Part shown: positions 52,746 to 62,415 of the stretch, piece after piece
How positions within the stretch are numbered: the first letter of the stretch is position 1
How the letters are laid out: every line of letters begins with the position of its first letter
Assembly: GCA_020348925.1 (NCBI GenBank)
Contig: CP070758.1
Location: 4,169,688-4,233,687 of the forward strand
Source: Gemmatimonadota bacterium
GTDB taxonomy: Bacteria; JBHIER01; G020348925
Direction: 5' to 3'
Length of the DNA: 64,000 nucleotides
Notes under the pieces: model-generated
The model's database searches: none
Seen by the model: only the letters and a program-made list of their open reading frames with translations
Told to the model about the DNA's origin: nothing
Program-made: the position numbers and the translations under genes

Positions 52746-53792
52746 CTATGGAGCAACGTGGAATTGGAGTAAGATCAAATCGTTGTCGATGGACTCGTCC
52801 ATCCCCCAGTCTTCCTGCTCCATTTTGTGGATGAAGTTGAGGTAGATCATCGCATTCCAGGAATCGATATAATGGTTCACACCCAAGGTGATCCAGGTCC
52901 AGGCATCTTCTTTCGACTCGCTGTCAGTATTCGGGTCAACGAAATCGTAGCGTCCAAGAATCCCCCACTGCGCATTGACCTTGTACTCGGCATGAGCATA
53001 GTAACTCATACTTGATACGTCATCAGCGTTCCCGAACATTTCCTGGGTCCTGGAAATGAACTCAACTGTACCCTCAAACTGCTCATGCATGAACGAGGCA
53101 AAACCGCCGAACATATTGGTTGCAAGGTCCTCGTCTTCTGAAAGAAGAAGATTCCCTAACCAGGCATAGCCTCCGATATGGAGCATCGATGCCATCTCCT
53201 TCTTCCAGTCAACACGTAAGAGGACATCCTTGGCGTCATTGTCATCAGACCAGTTGTTGGTACAGATTCCATCGCAGTCACTTCCATTGAAGACACCCAC
53301 ATTAAAGTTCCACATACCGGCTTCATTCTCAATCTGGGTGTCAGTTTGAAAACCGACCTGACGCCAAACAGCAAATCCATATCCGGAATGGAGAAATAGC
53401 GGGTAGTTAATCATATTGAGCTTGCCGGTATGCATGGGCATGTATTTAGTGAAGTTGGGGAGAAACCGACCTATGATGATGCTCGTCTTTGGAATGTAAT
53501 TGAGGAGGATCATCTTGTAATCCAGAATAGCAGGTGCCCCCACAAACTCAGTCTGGACAAAATATTTTACACGATCAGGGCAGATGGTACCAGACAAGAG
53601 AAGTCTGGCTCTGTTCAACGTGAATTGACCGTTCGTGACTAGCGAGTCCTCCTCCAAGCTATAGTCAAAACGAGATTGTAATATGGCCCCAATTTTCAGG
53701 TCGCCCTTGCCCACCTTCACTTCGGCCAACTGCGCTGAGGCCACGCTGGCTATAAAAAACACCGCAATTCCTATCACCATTAACCTTTTCAT
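52746..53792 (-). CDS. Outer-membrane beta-barrel porin (OprO/OprP-like)
   Basis: Signal peptide; FTLNRARL, GVFNG, DDNDAKD, GRYD, TLGVNHY, amphipathic terminal strand. Confidence 0.72.
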   Translation of the reverse strand: MKRLMVIGIAVFFIASVASAQLAEVKVGKGDLKIGAILQSRFDYSLEEDSLVTNGQFTLNRARLLLSGTICPDRVKYFVQTEFVGAPAILDYKMILLNYIPKTSIIIGRFLPNFTKYMPMHTGKLNMINYPLFLHSGYGFAVWRQVGFQTDTQIENEAGMWNFNVGVFNGSDCDGICTNNWSDDNDAKDVLLRVDWKKEMASMLHIGGYAWLGNLLLSEDEDLATNMFGGFASFMHEQFEGTVEFISRTQEMFGNADDVSSMSYYAHAEYKVNAQWGILGRYDFVDPNTDSESKEDAWTWITLGVNHYIDSWNAMIYLNFIHKMEQEDWGMDESIDNDLILLQFHVAP

Positions 53793-53988
53793 CTCATTCT
53801 CCTCCTTTTAAATTAAGATCGCAAACAAATGTTCCCATCCTTCTCTGCCCAAAAACACAGGTGAAATGGCCGATCAAATCACCCCATACACACCTCCTTT
53901 CTTTTTTCCCATACATCTTTCTCCGTCTGTTTATCCTCTCAATGTATCGACCTCCTTTCAAACCCCATATATCCCTCCTCTATCTTAC

Positions 53989-55167
53989 TTATTCCTGGTT
54001 CAAATATCCCTCTTTCTTTAATTCCTGATACAGATCTTTCCCCTCCCCAAGACTCATAAAAATGAGTTGAGAACTGATTGTGGCTGATGTCACCGCATCA
54101 ACCTCCGGATCGAAATCGAACGCCTCCAGGAGTGACCTGCCCTCGAGTCGATCCCTCATCTTCCCGACATCCTTATCATCCCACTCCCAATTGCCCTTCT
54201 TCGTCAGGTGAACCGGATCGAAACGAAGAATGATTCCCTCTTCGTCAAAGACATAGATGAAATGGATGTCGTGACACACATCGCAGAAGGAGGCCCTTGA
54301 AACAATTTTAGCGAAGCGCTTCTTCTGTCCGTCATCACAGGAAAGATTTCCTACGTAGACAACACCCGCTTCCGGGAGGTTGACTCTCTTCATTTCCGTC
54401 ACCCTTCCACCCGTATCCTCCATGGAACGCGTGATCATATCGACGAGTTCCTCCTCTGACAGAGCGGGTTTTATCTCCTCCTTCACTTGAATCGGCACCT
54501 CGGAGGATCGCCGCAGGGTGAGCAAACCCACATCATACTGAAGGACCGCCCGTATCTCTTCCACAAAACCCTTATCGGAATAGATCACCCCCCTGTGAGC
54601 ACTGGCAACGATTCTGTGGCCTTGACTATCCTTTCGGAGTAAAATGGTGAACGGCGTTTTGGGACTTCCAACAGCGTCATAAGCCACGAAGTCGGCATCA
54701 GGCACAAGGGGAAACTGAACTCCCGTCTCCCCGCGGAACACCTCCAGCTGGTGACGCGTGTTGCCGGCTCCGACACCGATCATCTTGACTCTGTCACGAA
54801 GGTTCGCATCGGCCTCAATGGCGTTATATGCCAGAACAAAGACCGGTGCTTGCACCTGACAGTGAAAACAGTACTTATTCAAGAACTCGACAACCACCAA
54901 CTCTTCCTCGATATCCTCGACCGTGAAGGTCTCCTCATCCCCGAGACCGAGATACTCCCGCTCCCTCTCATTTAAAACGTTGGGAAAGGCAAGATCCGGA
55001 AACACATCCCCCAGCCTGAGTATCGGGCTTCGATCCTCATTGAGGGCCGAAGATCCCCAAAGCAGGGATATCCAGAGGACCACTATCCCTGGGAAACGAA
55101 TCAGCAGGAAAGTATGTTTCGCAGTATGCATTTCGAAAATCCCTTCTTCCTTCTCTTCATGCTTCAC
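53989..55167 (-). CDS. Exported TlpA/redoxin-like protein (CFHC) fused to a C-terminal domain with CxxCH and a putative flavinylation motif
   Basis: Hydrophobic N-terminus; GDVFPDL, NKYCFHCQVQAP, FPLVPD, TPFT; CDVCH; VDAVTSATISS. Confidence 0.7.
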   Translation of the reverse strand: MKHEEKEEGIFEMHTAKHTFLLIRFPGIVVLWISLLWGSSALNEDRSPILRLGDVFPDLAFPNVLNEREREYLGLGDEETFTVEDIEEELVVVEFLNKYCFHCQVQAPVFVLAYNAIEADANLRDRVKMIGVGAGNTRHQLEVFRGETGVQFPLVPDADFVAYDAVGSPKTPFTILLRKDSQGHRIVASAHRGVIYSDKGFVEEIRAVLQYDVGLLTLRRSSEVPIQVKEEIKPALSEEELVDMITRSMEDTGGRVTEMKRVNLPEAGVVYVGNLSCDDGQKKRFAKIVSRASFCDVCHDIHFIYVFDEEGIILRFDPVHLTKKGNWEWDDKDVGKMRDRLEGRSLLEAFDFDPEVDAVTSATISSQLIFMSLGEGKDLYQELKKEGYLNQE

Positions 55168-56072
55168 CCGTTCCTGGCAAGAGGTTCCTCTTCAATCCCA
55201 AATAAGTATTGCCCGGGATTCCGAAATCCCTCTTGAGCAGCCAAGATGTCCAGAAAAATGGTGGCCAAGTTTTCGACGGCAAGAATCACCTCTTTGCCTT
55301 CCTCCATCTTGCGCTCATCGACCGTCTTTATATATCTTTTACACGCATCGCACACATCCACCCGATAAGGGCTCCCCTCGTCGACGAAGAAGAACCTCAA
55401 CGTCTCGTGATCGTCGTTGAGACAATAAGGACACTGAAGGCGGCGAAAGGCCCACTCAGTACTGCACAAGGAACACTGAAAAATACGGCGTCCCTCCTCT
55501 TTTTCCAGTGCGGCCATAATTGGCTCGTGGCCGCATACCGGACAAAACGGCTCCACCCATTTGGCGTCCTTAACCGTATTCATCACTTTGCTAGCCAACA
55601 GTTCGAAAAAAGGCTTGACCGTCTGGATTCCGAGATACTGAAGATGTTCGCCGTCCACTTCGAACTCTCTTGATAACAATTCGAAATAATGCACATCTCT
55701 TTCTGCGGCCTTGCGGACAAACTCCCTGATATCGAACGAGGTATCGTTCACTGTTTTTCTGAGACGCTGGATATCATCAGAGTCCCCTGGTCCATATTTT
55801 TCCAGAGTATCACAGATATTCCGGAACAGATCCTCAAAAGGTACACCTTCGAGCGTGATATGCGTAAAATCCAAAAGATGAACGCCATCCTTCATTTTCT
55901 GAGCCATCTCCGGCGAAGAGATGCCGATCGACAACCTCTTGTTTTCCAAATTTTTCTTGAATTCCAACTGGTGCCGAGTGAGATCTTTGAAAAAAGAAAC
56001 GAGTTCTTGCGGTACATGCTCGTTCTTTCGGAGTAACTCGATCTCTACTTCAATAGTGTCCCAGGATACCAT
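55164..56072 (-). CDS. fdhE: Formate dehydrogenase accessory protein FdhE
   Basis: CPVCG, CSLCSTEW..RLQCPYC, CDACKRYIKTVD; alternative start at 56102. Confidence 0.92.
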   Translation of the reverse strand: MVSWDTIEVEIELLRKNEHVPQELVSFFKDLTRHQLEFKKNLENKRLSIGISSPEMAQKMKDGVHLLDFTHITLEGVPFEDLFRNICDTLEKYGPGDSDDIQRLRKTVNDTSFDIREFVRKAAERDVHYFELLSREFEVDGEHLQYLGIQTVKPFFELLASKVMNTVKDAKWVEPFCPVCGHEPIMAALEKEEGRRIFQCSLCSTEWAFRRLQCPYCLNDDHETLRFFFVDEGSPYRVDVCDACKRYIKTVDERKMEEGKEVILAVENLATIFLDILAAQEGFRNPGQYLFGIEEEPLARNG

Positions 56073-56126
56073 ATATAGGTGTTTCCATAAAGAAGTCCAC
56101 AAAATAGCCGAAAAATAATTTCAGAA

Positions 56127-56155
56127 ATTATAACATTATATGAGGTAAAAGTCAA
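56127..56155 (-). promoter_or_regulatory. Near-consensus sigma70 promoter upstream of fdhE
   Basis: TTGACT-N17-TATAAT with extended -10 TG. Confidence 0.75.
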
Positions 56156-56198
56156 GTGTTTTTTTAAGATCATCCCACATTTTTTCCAAAGGACAGAC

Positions 56199-56999
56199 TT
56201 AGAAGAGGGGGACGGATTCGGCTTTTTGAACCACCCGTTCATCTCCAGAATAGACGGTCAGTCTCGCACCTCTGACAAATCCAATGAGTGTAACTTTGAG
56301 TTTTTTTGCGAGATGAATGGCTAAATCCGTAGGCCCAGATCTGGACACAAGCATCGGTACTGCCTGCTTGGCCACCTTGATGAGCATCTCTGACGTCAAT
56401 CTTCCACTCGTTACCATAATCTTATCGTCCGTCCTGATTTCTTCTAAAAAACACTCTCCCAATATCTTATCAATTGCATTATGTCTCCCTATATCCTCTC
56501 TGAACATCACAATCTCATCTCCCAGACACAGTGCACACGTGTGCACGCCTCCTGTCGCTTTGAAAAGCTCTGATTTTCCATTCACTTCCCTCATGAGGTT
56601 CCGGATAGTGCTTGGCATAACCCGGACCTTCGACGTGACAGGTCGACATTGCAGGCGATCGGCGGCATTGTAAAAGACGGCTCCTTTTCCACATCCCGAT
56701 GTGATGGTTCTTTTTTGAAAGATTTCTCTGGGGAACTCTATATCACGTGATGTCTGAACACTCACCGTTCCCCGATCCTCGGAAAACACGACCGATTGCA
56801 CATCCTCCTTTTCTTGAAGGAAGCCCTCGGACAATAAGAAGCCGACGGCCAAATTTTTCTGGTAAGAGGGAGTACACAACAAGGTGACGAGCTCCTGACC
56901 GTTGAGAACAACGGTCAGGGGTGTTTCCCGAGCTACGACATCCTCCATTCTATTTTCTTTATCCTCCGAAATGCGAAGGATCTCGACACCTTCCGTCAC
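56199..56999 (-). CDS. fdhD: Formate dehydrogenase sulfurtransferase FdhD
   Basis: LAVGFLLSEG, TSGCG, TGGVH, EDIGRHNAIDK, SGRLTSEM. Confidence 0.96.
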   Translation of the reverse strand: MTEGVEILRISEDKENRMEDVVARETPLTVVLNGQELVTLLCTPSYQKNLAVGFLLSEGFLQEKEDVQSVVFSEDRGTVSVQTSRDIEFPREIFQKRTITSGCGKGAVFYNAADRLQCRPVTSKVRVMPSTIRNLMREVNGKSELFKATGGVHTCALCLGDEIVMFREDIGRHNAIDKILGECFLEEIRTDDKIMVTSGRLTSEMLIKVAKQAVPMLVSRSGPTDLAIHLAKKLKVTLIGFVRGARLTVYSGDERVVQKAESVPLF

Positions 57000-57006
57000 C
57001 CCATGC

Positions 57007-57651
57007 TTACGACTCCTGGCCTTCGATAAGCGCCTTCATCTTCTGATAGTCCTCTCGATAATTGATATTGAAAAAGGTTCTGAGCTCGGGATCGAAACGT
57101 TCAATCTCGTTCTGCTGGATATACTTCGTCCGAACCGACCCATAAAAGGACTGCAGCTTCAAAACGCCTCTTTGTAAATTGTTCTGGATGGGCTCGAGAC
57201 ATGCCTTTGAATAGACGGCGTGCAAGGGCTCAAGACCGGCCGCAAGCTGGGGTACTACGACGTCAAATTTTTCGCAACCAACCAGCATATACCCAATGAG
57301 ATCGGAATTGAGAAAGGGCATGTCGCAGGCGACGACAAAATTGTATTGCGTCTCAGAGACCGAGAGGCCCGTGTACAGTCCGCCCAATGGCCCTTTCCCA
57401 GAGACAATATCCCTGACTTTTGAAGCAACGGGAAAATCATATTCTTCGGGCTGATTCGTCACAAGAACAATTGTCTCACAGAGCGCATCCAGCGTTTCTA
57501 TGATATCCAGGATAAGTGGGCGATCGCCCAGAGGCAGAAGGGCCTTATTCGTCGATATTCTGGTGCAACGCCCACCGGCAAGGATAATACCCGTTACGGA
57601 TTCGTTCTTGTCGGCCCGGTGGTATTTTTTATGTGATTGATAAGGACTCAC
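57007..57651 (-). CDS. mobA: Molybdenum cofactor guanylyltransferase
   Basis: ILAGG..R..NKALL, GPLGG, VACDMPF, EPLHAVY, FFNIN. Confidence 0.93.
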   Translation of the reverse strand: MSPYQSHKKYHRADKNESVTGIILAGGRCTRISTNKALLPLGDRPLILDIIETLDALCETIVLVTNQPEEYDFPVASKVRDIVSGKGPLGGLYTGLSVSETQYNFVVACDMPFLNSDLIGYMLVGCEKFDVVVPQLAAGLEPLHAVYSKACLEPIQNNLQRGVLKLQSFYGSVRTKYIQQNEIERFDPELRTFFNINYREDYQKMKALIEGQES

Positions 57652-58066
57652 AAACGACTCAATTCAACTCTCAATCTCTTCCCAGTCAATCTCAGAATTC
57701 TTTGTTCTTCTCACGCAACTCTCAAAAAAAATGATGATCATCCATTCTTTATCATGTTCTCGTCTCAGTCCCCACGTCGCCCTCATCATCTTGAGAGGCC
57801 TTGAAGAGACTATACGTTAAATTAATGATATTCCCCATGGGGAATCAAGTCATTTTCCAGTAGACTCCAGTATTTTAGCCACGTTAGGAAATCCTTGAGG
57901 CCGTAACCCAATAGGGAGGAGTATGTTGAGGGAAACATGCTGCTGACGACCGATCGGAATCAAACTGATCAATCAACGTTCCATCTCCATTTTTTTCCAA
58001 TGAGGGAGAAGCTCTTGAGGATTTTTCAGAGGAATCAATTCGGACATTTTCCGCGTCTCAACATGA

Positions 58067-58102
58067 AATACCCCGAGGTCTCTTCCGAGACCTCGGGGTA
58101 TT
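58067..58102 (-). terminator. Perfect 16-bp hairpin downstream of fdhB, probable terminator
   Basis: aataccccgaggtctc-ttcc-gagacctcggggtatt. Confidence 0.7.
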
Positions 58103-58136
58103 CGAAACCCGAACGTGACTCCTGAGATGCTCCTTC

Positions 58137-58916
58137 TTATGAAACTTCGACGTTCTCTTTCTCTCTCCTCATACCCTCCTCACGTCTCTTGAAGAGCATA
58201 CCCAGAAATCCCGCAGTAAGCCACACAGGTGCCATCGGCGAGAAGACTTTCTTCATCCCGTACTTCACCTTCGAAACCTCCCGCAACAGACCCATCTCAA
58301 ACCGATCCTCGGCTTCGTGCAACAGATAGATCCAGCGCACGTCTTCCAGATCCATGAGTTGAGCGTTCGGATAGCTCTTCCCCAAATCCTGCAACCGCTT
58401 CTGAGCCAGAGCCATAATCTTATCACGGTCACCGAAGGTCAGTGTCCCGGTGGGACAGGCCTTGACACAGGCCGGCTTCAACCCATTGGCCACCCGATCA
58501 TGACAGAAGGTGCACTTGACCCACTCCGACTTGACATCGCTCCACCGAGGAATATCCCACGGGCACGCCTCGTTTAAGTCCTTCAACTGCTTCGTTTTGT
58601 CCGTGTAGACGACGCAGCCATTGTCGTCCACCACAATGGCCCCCGGAGCCTCATCATCGGCCGTCATCTTACAAGGAGGGTCAACACAGTGACGGCACTG
58701 GTCCTTGAAGAAGTTCCATTTCATCTCGCCGCCCACAGAAAGCTCCTTGAAACGGACCACAGTGTACGTCATACCCGACAAATCGGGTGGGTTCTGGTAA
58801 GTGCCCCGGTTCTTCGTCTTCTCCGCCGGCAGTTCGTTCCACTGCTTGCAGGCCACCTGGCACCCCCGACACCCGATACACTTGGAAACGTCTATCAAAA
58901 CCGATTTTCCAGCCAC
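58137..58916 (-). CDS. fdhB: Formate dehydrogenase iron-sulfur (beta) subunit
   Basis: CIGCRGCQVACKQWN, QNPPDL, CRHCVDPPC, KCTFC, ACVKACP; directly follows fdhA. Confidence 0.92.
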   Translation of the reverse strand: MAGKSVLIDVSKCIGCRGCQVACKQWNELPAEKTKNRGTYQNPPDLSGMTYTVVRFKELSVGGEMKWNFFKDQCRHCVDPPCKMTADDEAPGAIVVDDNGCVVYTDKTKQLKDLNEACPWDIPRWSDVKSEWVKCTFCHDRVANGLKPACVKACPTGTLTFGDRDKIMALAQKRLQDLGKSYPNAQLMDLEDVRWIYLLHEAEDRFEMGLLREVSKVKYGMKKVFSPMAPVWLTAGFLGMLFKRREEGMRREKENVEVS

Positions 58917-58920
58917 TCTG

Positions 58921-61900
58921 TCACACCCCCTTTCTCACGTTGACCAGAAAGGCCTTCGATTCTTGAATCATGGTGTTGGCATCACCGATGTTGGGAACGA
59001 GGACGTTGGCACTGTCCCCTGTGGCCAAACCCATAAAACCGTAGCACCACGGTAAACCAACCTGATGAACAATGGTGTCACCGATCTTGAAGGGTTTGAA
59101 CCGCTCGGTCACGATGGCCACTGCCTTGATATCGCCTCGGGCCGACTGGACGGTGCACTTTTCACCGTTCTTGATCTGCAGCTCACCAGCCAGCTCTGTG
59201 CTCATCTCAACGAACATATCCGGCTGAAGCTCAGCCAGCCACGGCTGCTGACGGGTCATGGCCCCGGTCTGCCAGTGCTCGGAGACACGGTAGGTCGTAG
59301 CCACGATGGGATATCTCGGATCGCACACCCCGGCGAACTTGTCCATATCACCACCAAGCTTATCCCAACGCTTGGACGTCGGGTTGAGCTGGACGCTAGA
59401 CATCATGTTCTTGGTCGGACACTCCAGCGGTTCATAATGCTCGGGGAACGGTCCATCGGCAAGTCCCATCCCGAAGATTCTGGCATGGCCCTCCGGCTTC
59501 ATAATGAAGGGATGTTTTGTCTTCTCCGCATTCACCATCGGCGGCCAACCACCGTCAGGTACATCACCGACCCAACCGCCCGCACCGTCCTTTGCGGTAG
59601 GATCCCACCGAATGACAGGATGCTCCTTGTCCCAGGGTTGGCCGTTCTTATCCACGGAAGCCCGATTGTAGATGATCCGGCGGTTCACCGGCCAGCACCA
59701 GGACCACTCAGAATAGAGACCGACGCCCGACTTATCCTCGGTACTCCTGCGGGCTGCCATGTTACCGGCCTCGGTGTAGCTGGCGCAATAGAGCCAGTTG
59801 CCGGATGATGTTGTCCCATCATCCATCAATTTACCGAAAGAGGGCAACAACTCTCCGGTTGTCAGATCGTACCCGTTAATCTCCTTGGCTACTGCGTGAA
59901 CGTCGACGTGATCGCCTTTGGCATAGTCCCATTTCAATTTGGTCACCGCTTCGGGCAAAACACCGCCTTCTTGGTCATACAGTTTCTTCACGCGAACGTA
60001 AAGCTCATTGATGATCTCGCTGTCGGGGAGAGCATCACCAGGAGGATCGACCGCCTTGTAACGCCACTGGCTCCAGCGCCCGCTGTTGGTGATGGAGCCT
60101 TCCTTCTCCATGGACGCGGCGCAGGGCAGTAAGAAGACTTCGGTCTTGATCTTCTTTGGATCCGCCCCAGGTCCTTTCCAGAACGCGCCCGTCTCCGTCT
60201 CCCAGAGGTTCACGTTGACCATCCAGTCCAGCTTGCTCAAGGCTTCGCGGGTCATGTTCGAATTCGGCCCGCTCACGGCCGGATTCATGCCCCAGGCGAA
60301 GAACCCCTTAAACTCGCCGTTGTACATGGCATTGAAGAGTGAAATCCACGAATAGTTCGCACCATCGTCCAGTTTGGGCAGATATTGATAGTCGAACTCA
60401 TTCGCCGCAGTGGCATGATCACCATAGAACGACTTCAGCAAGCTCACTGAGTACTTGGCATAATTGCCCCACCAGTTGGCACTCTTGGGATCTTTTGTCT
60501 TGGGCGTGTATTTCTCATTGTACGCCTGAAGAGTGGTATCCGAAGCCCGCGGAGTCTTCAGGTAGCCGGGGAGAATATGGAAGAGCAAGCAGTGATCCGT
60601 TGAACCCTGCACGTTGGACTCTCCCCGAAGCGCGTTCACACCACCACCCGCCACACCGATGTTGCCCAAGAGGAGCTGAATGATGGCCATGGTTCGGATG
60701 TTCTGGGTACCCACCGTATGCTGGGTCCAACCCATGGCGTACATGATGGTCGCAGCCTTGCCGGGTTTCCCCGTGGCTGAATATGCCTTGTAAACCTTGA
60801 GCAGATCCTCCTTGGGCGTCCCAGTGATGGATGAAACCTTGTCCAAATCATACCGGGAGAAATGCTTCTTGAGGAGCTGAAAAGCGCACCGCGGATTTTT
60901 CAGGGTTTTGTCCTGCTTCGGGATGCCATTCCCGTCCAGCTGATAGGCCCACGTCGCTTTGTCATATTTACCCGCTTTCTCGTCATACCCCGAGAAGAGG
61001 CCATCCTCAAAATCGAACTTTTCGCTGATCAAAAGCGATCCGTTCGTATACTCGGCCACATACTCCATGTTATAGAGGTCATTGTCCAGGATGTGTTTGA
61101 TCATTCCGCCCAAAAAGGAGATATCCGTTCCTGAACGGAGTCGAGCATAGATATGTGCCTTGGAAGATGTCCTCGTGAATCGGGGATCGACGCTGATCAG
61201 GGTCGCACCGTTCTCCACGGCCTTCATCACCCATTTGAAGGAGATGGGGTGATTCTCAGCCGCATTACTTCCCATAACCAAAATACAGTCGCTATTTCCA
61301 ATATCGATCCAATGATTGGTCATAGCACCTCGGCCGAACGACTCTGCCAGAGCCGCAACAGTGGCCGAGTGTCATATACGCGCCTGGTGTTCGATATACA
61401 CCAGGCCCAACGAGCGCAAAAATTTCTGATAGAGCCAGCACTCCTCATTGTCCAGGGCCGCACTCCCCACGGAAGCGAGCCCATCGCAACGGTTGACCAC
61501 TTGCCCCTTTGCGTTCTTCGCTGCAAATGTGTCGTCACGTGCTTTCTTGATCCGTTTGGCAATCTCATCAAGAGCCCAGTCCCAGGATTTTTTCTCCCAC
61601 GTGTCGCTGTAGGGAGCTCGATACATCACGTGTGTAATCCGGCGCTCGTTGTTGGCCAGCTGATACAACGAAGAGCCCTTCGAGCACAGCGAGCCTTGAT
61701 TGATGGGATGATCGGGATCACCCTCGATGTTGATCACCTTCCCCTTGCTGGCTGACACGATCGCTCCACAGCCGACGGCACAATAGGGACAGATAGTCGT
61801 ACTCTCTTTCGCGTATTTGATCTTCAACTCTTGGGCGTATGCGCGTGCCGGTCCCAGATCGAAGAGACGATGTCCCAGAAGACCACCAGTCGCGGTTGCA

Positions 61901-61938
61901 CCCGCCAGTTTGAAAAATCCTCTTCTCGAAATGCCCAT
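58921..61938 (-). CDS. fdhA: Tat-exported selenocysteine-containing formate dehydrogenase alpha subunit (FdnG/FdhA type); UGA at 61372-61374 read as Sec
   Basis: SRRGFFK Tat motif; CPYCAVGC..LC; in-frame EHQARI-UGA-HSATVAALAESFGRGAMTNHW joins the 188-aa and 800-aa ORFs. Confidence 0.96.
61339..61371 (-). promoter_or_regulatory. Bacterial SECIS element
   Basis: Immediately after UGA: CACUCGGCCA-CUGUUG-CGGCUC-UGGCAG-AGUCG stem-loop with G-containing loop. Confidence 0.75.
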
Positions 61939-62098
61939 TTTTTAAAACTCACCCCCTTCGCCAAAAATGAACGTTTCTCTTTTCCTTACGACAACTCTCA
62001 CTTTCCTCTGAAATGCCTCTGATCTCACCTCCTTTTCAGAATAGAGTACTGTTCATGACTCCTTATTATATTAATTATAAATCCCTGCAGATATACAA

Positions 62099-62150
62099 TT
62101 TCCCTTTTAATATAAAGAACAGGTTTCCCTTTGAATATAAAGAACAGGTT
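62099..62150. repeat. Tandem 25-bp direct repeat (2 copies, 1 mismatch) upstream of fdhA
   Basis: tttcccttttaatataaagaacagg / tttccctttgaatataaagaacagg. Confidence 0.9.
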
Positions 62151-62415
62151 AGAGCAAATCCCAAAAAGCACGTGCGGTTCATTGAAGGAAAGGCCAGGGA
62201 ATGCGTCATTGCCCTCTTTTTCGAACTTTCCTCCTGACCAAATCAACTGAGAAATCTACTGAAAATCATTAAATAGACCAAATAGATATATTCTATACAA
62301 TAAATAGAATAATTCTATAATTAACAGAAATCGCTCACAGCACCGAGCCACAGGGAGGTCCATGCGAGCGCCTTTTCCCTGCCGAATTATATAAAAATGA
62401 TAGAGCCTTTGGATT

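Noticed and set aside
61372-61938. fdhA as a nonsense pseudogene
   Set aside because: The UGA falls exactly at the Sec/Cys ligand position and is followed by a SECIS-like hairpin
62020-62055. Moco riboswitch upstream of fdhA
   Set aside because: Only a weak resemblance of ACTCTATTCTGAAAAGGAG to the terminal stem; the other stems could not be found
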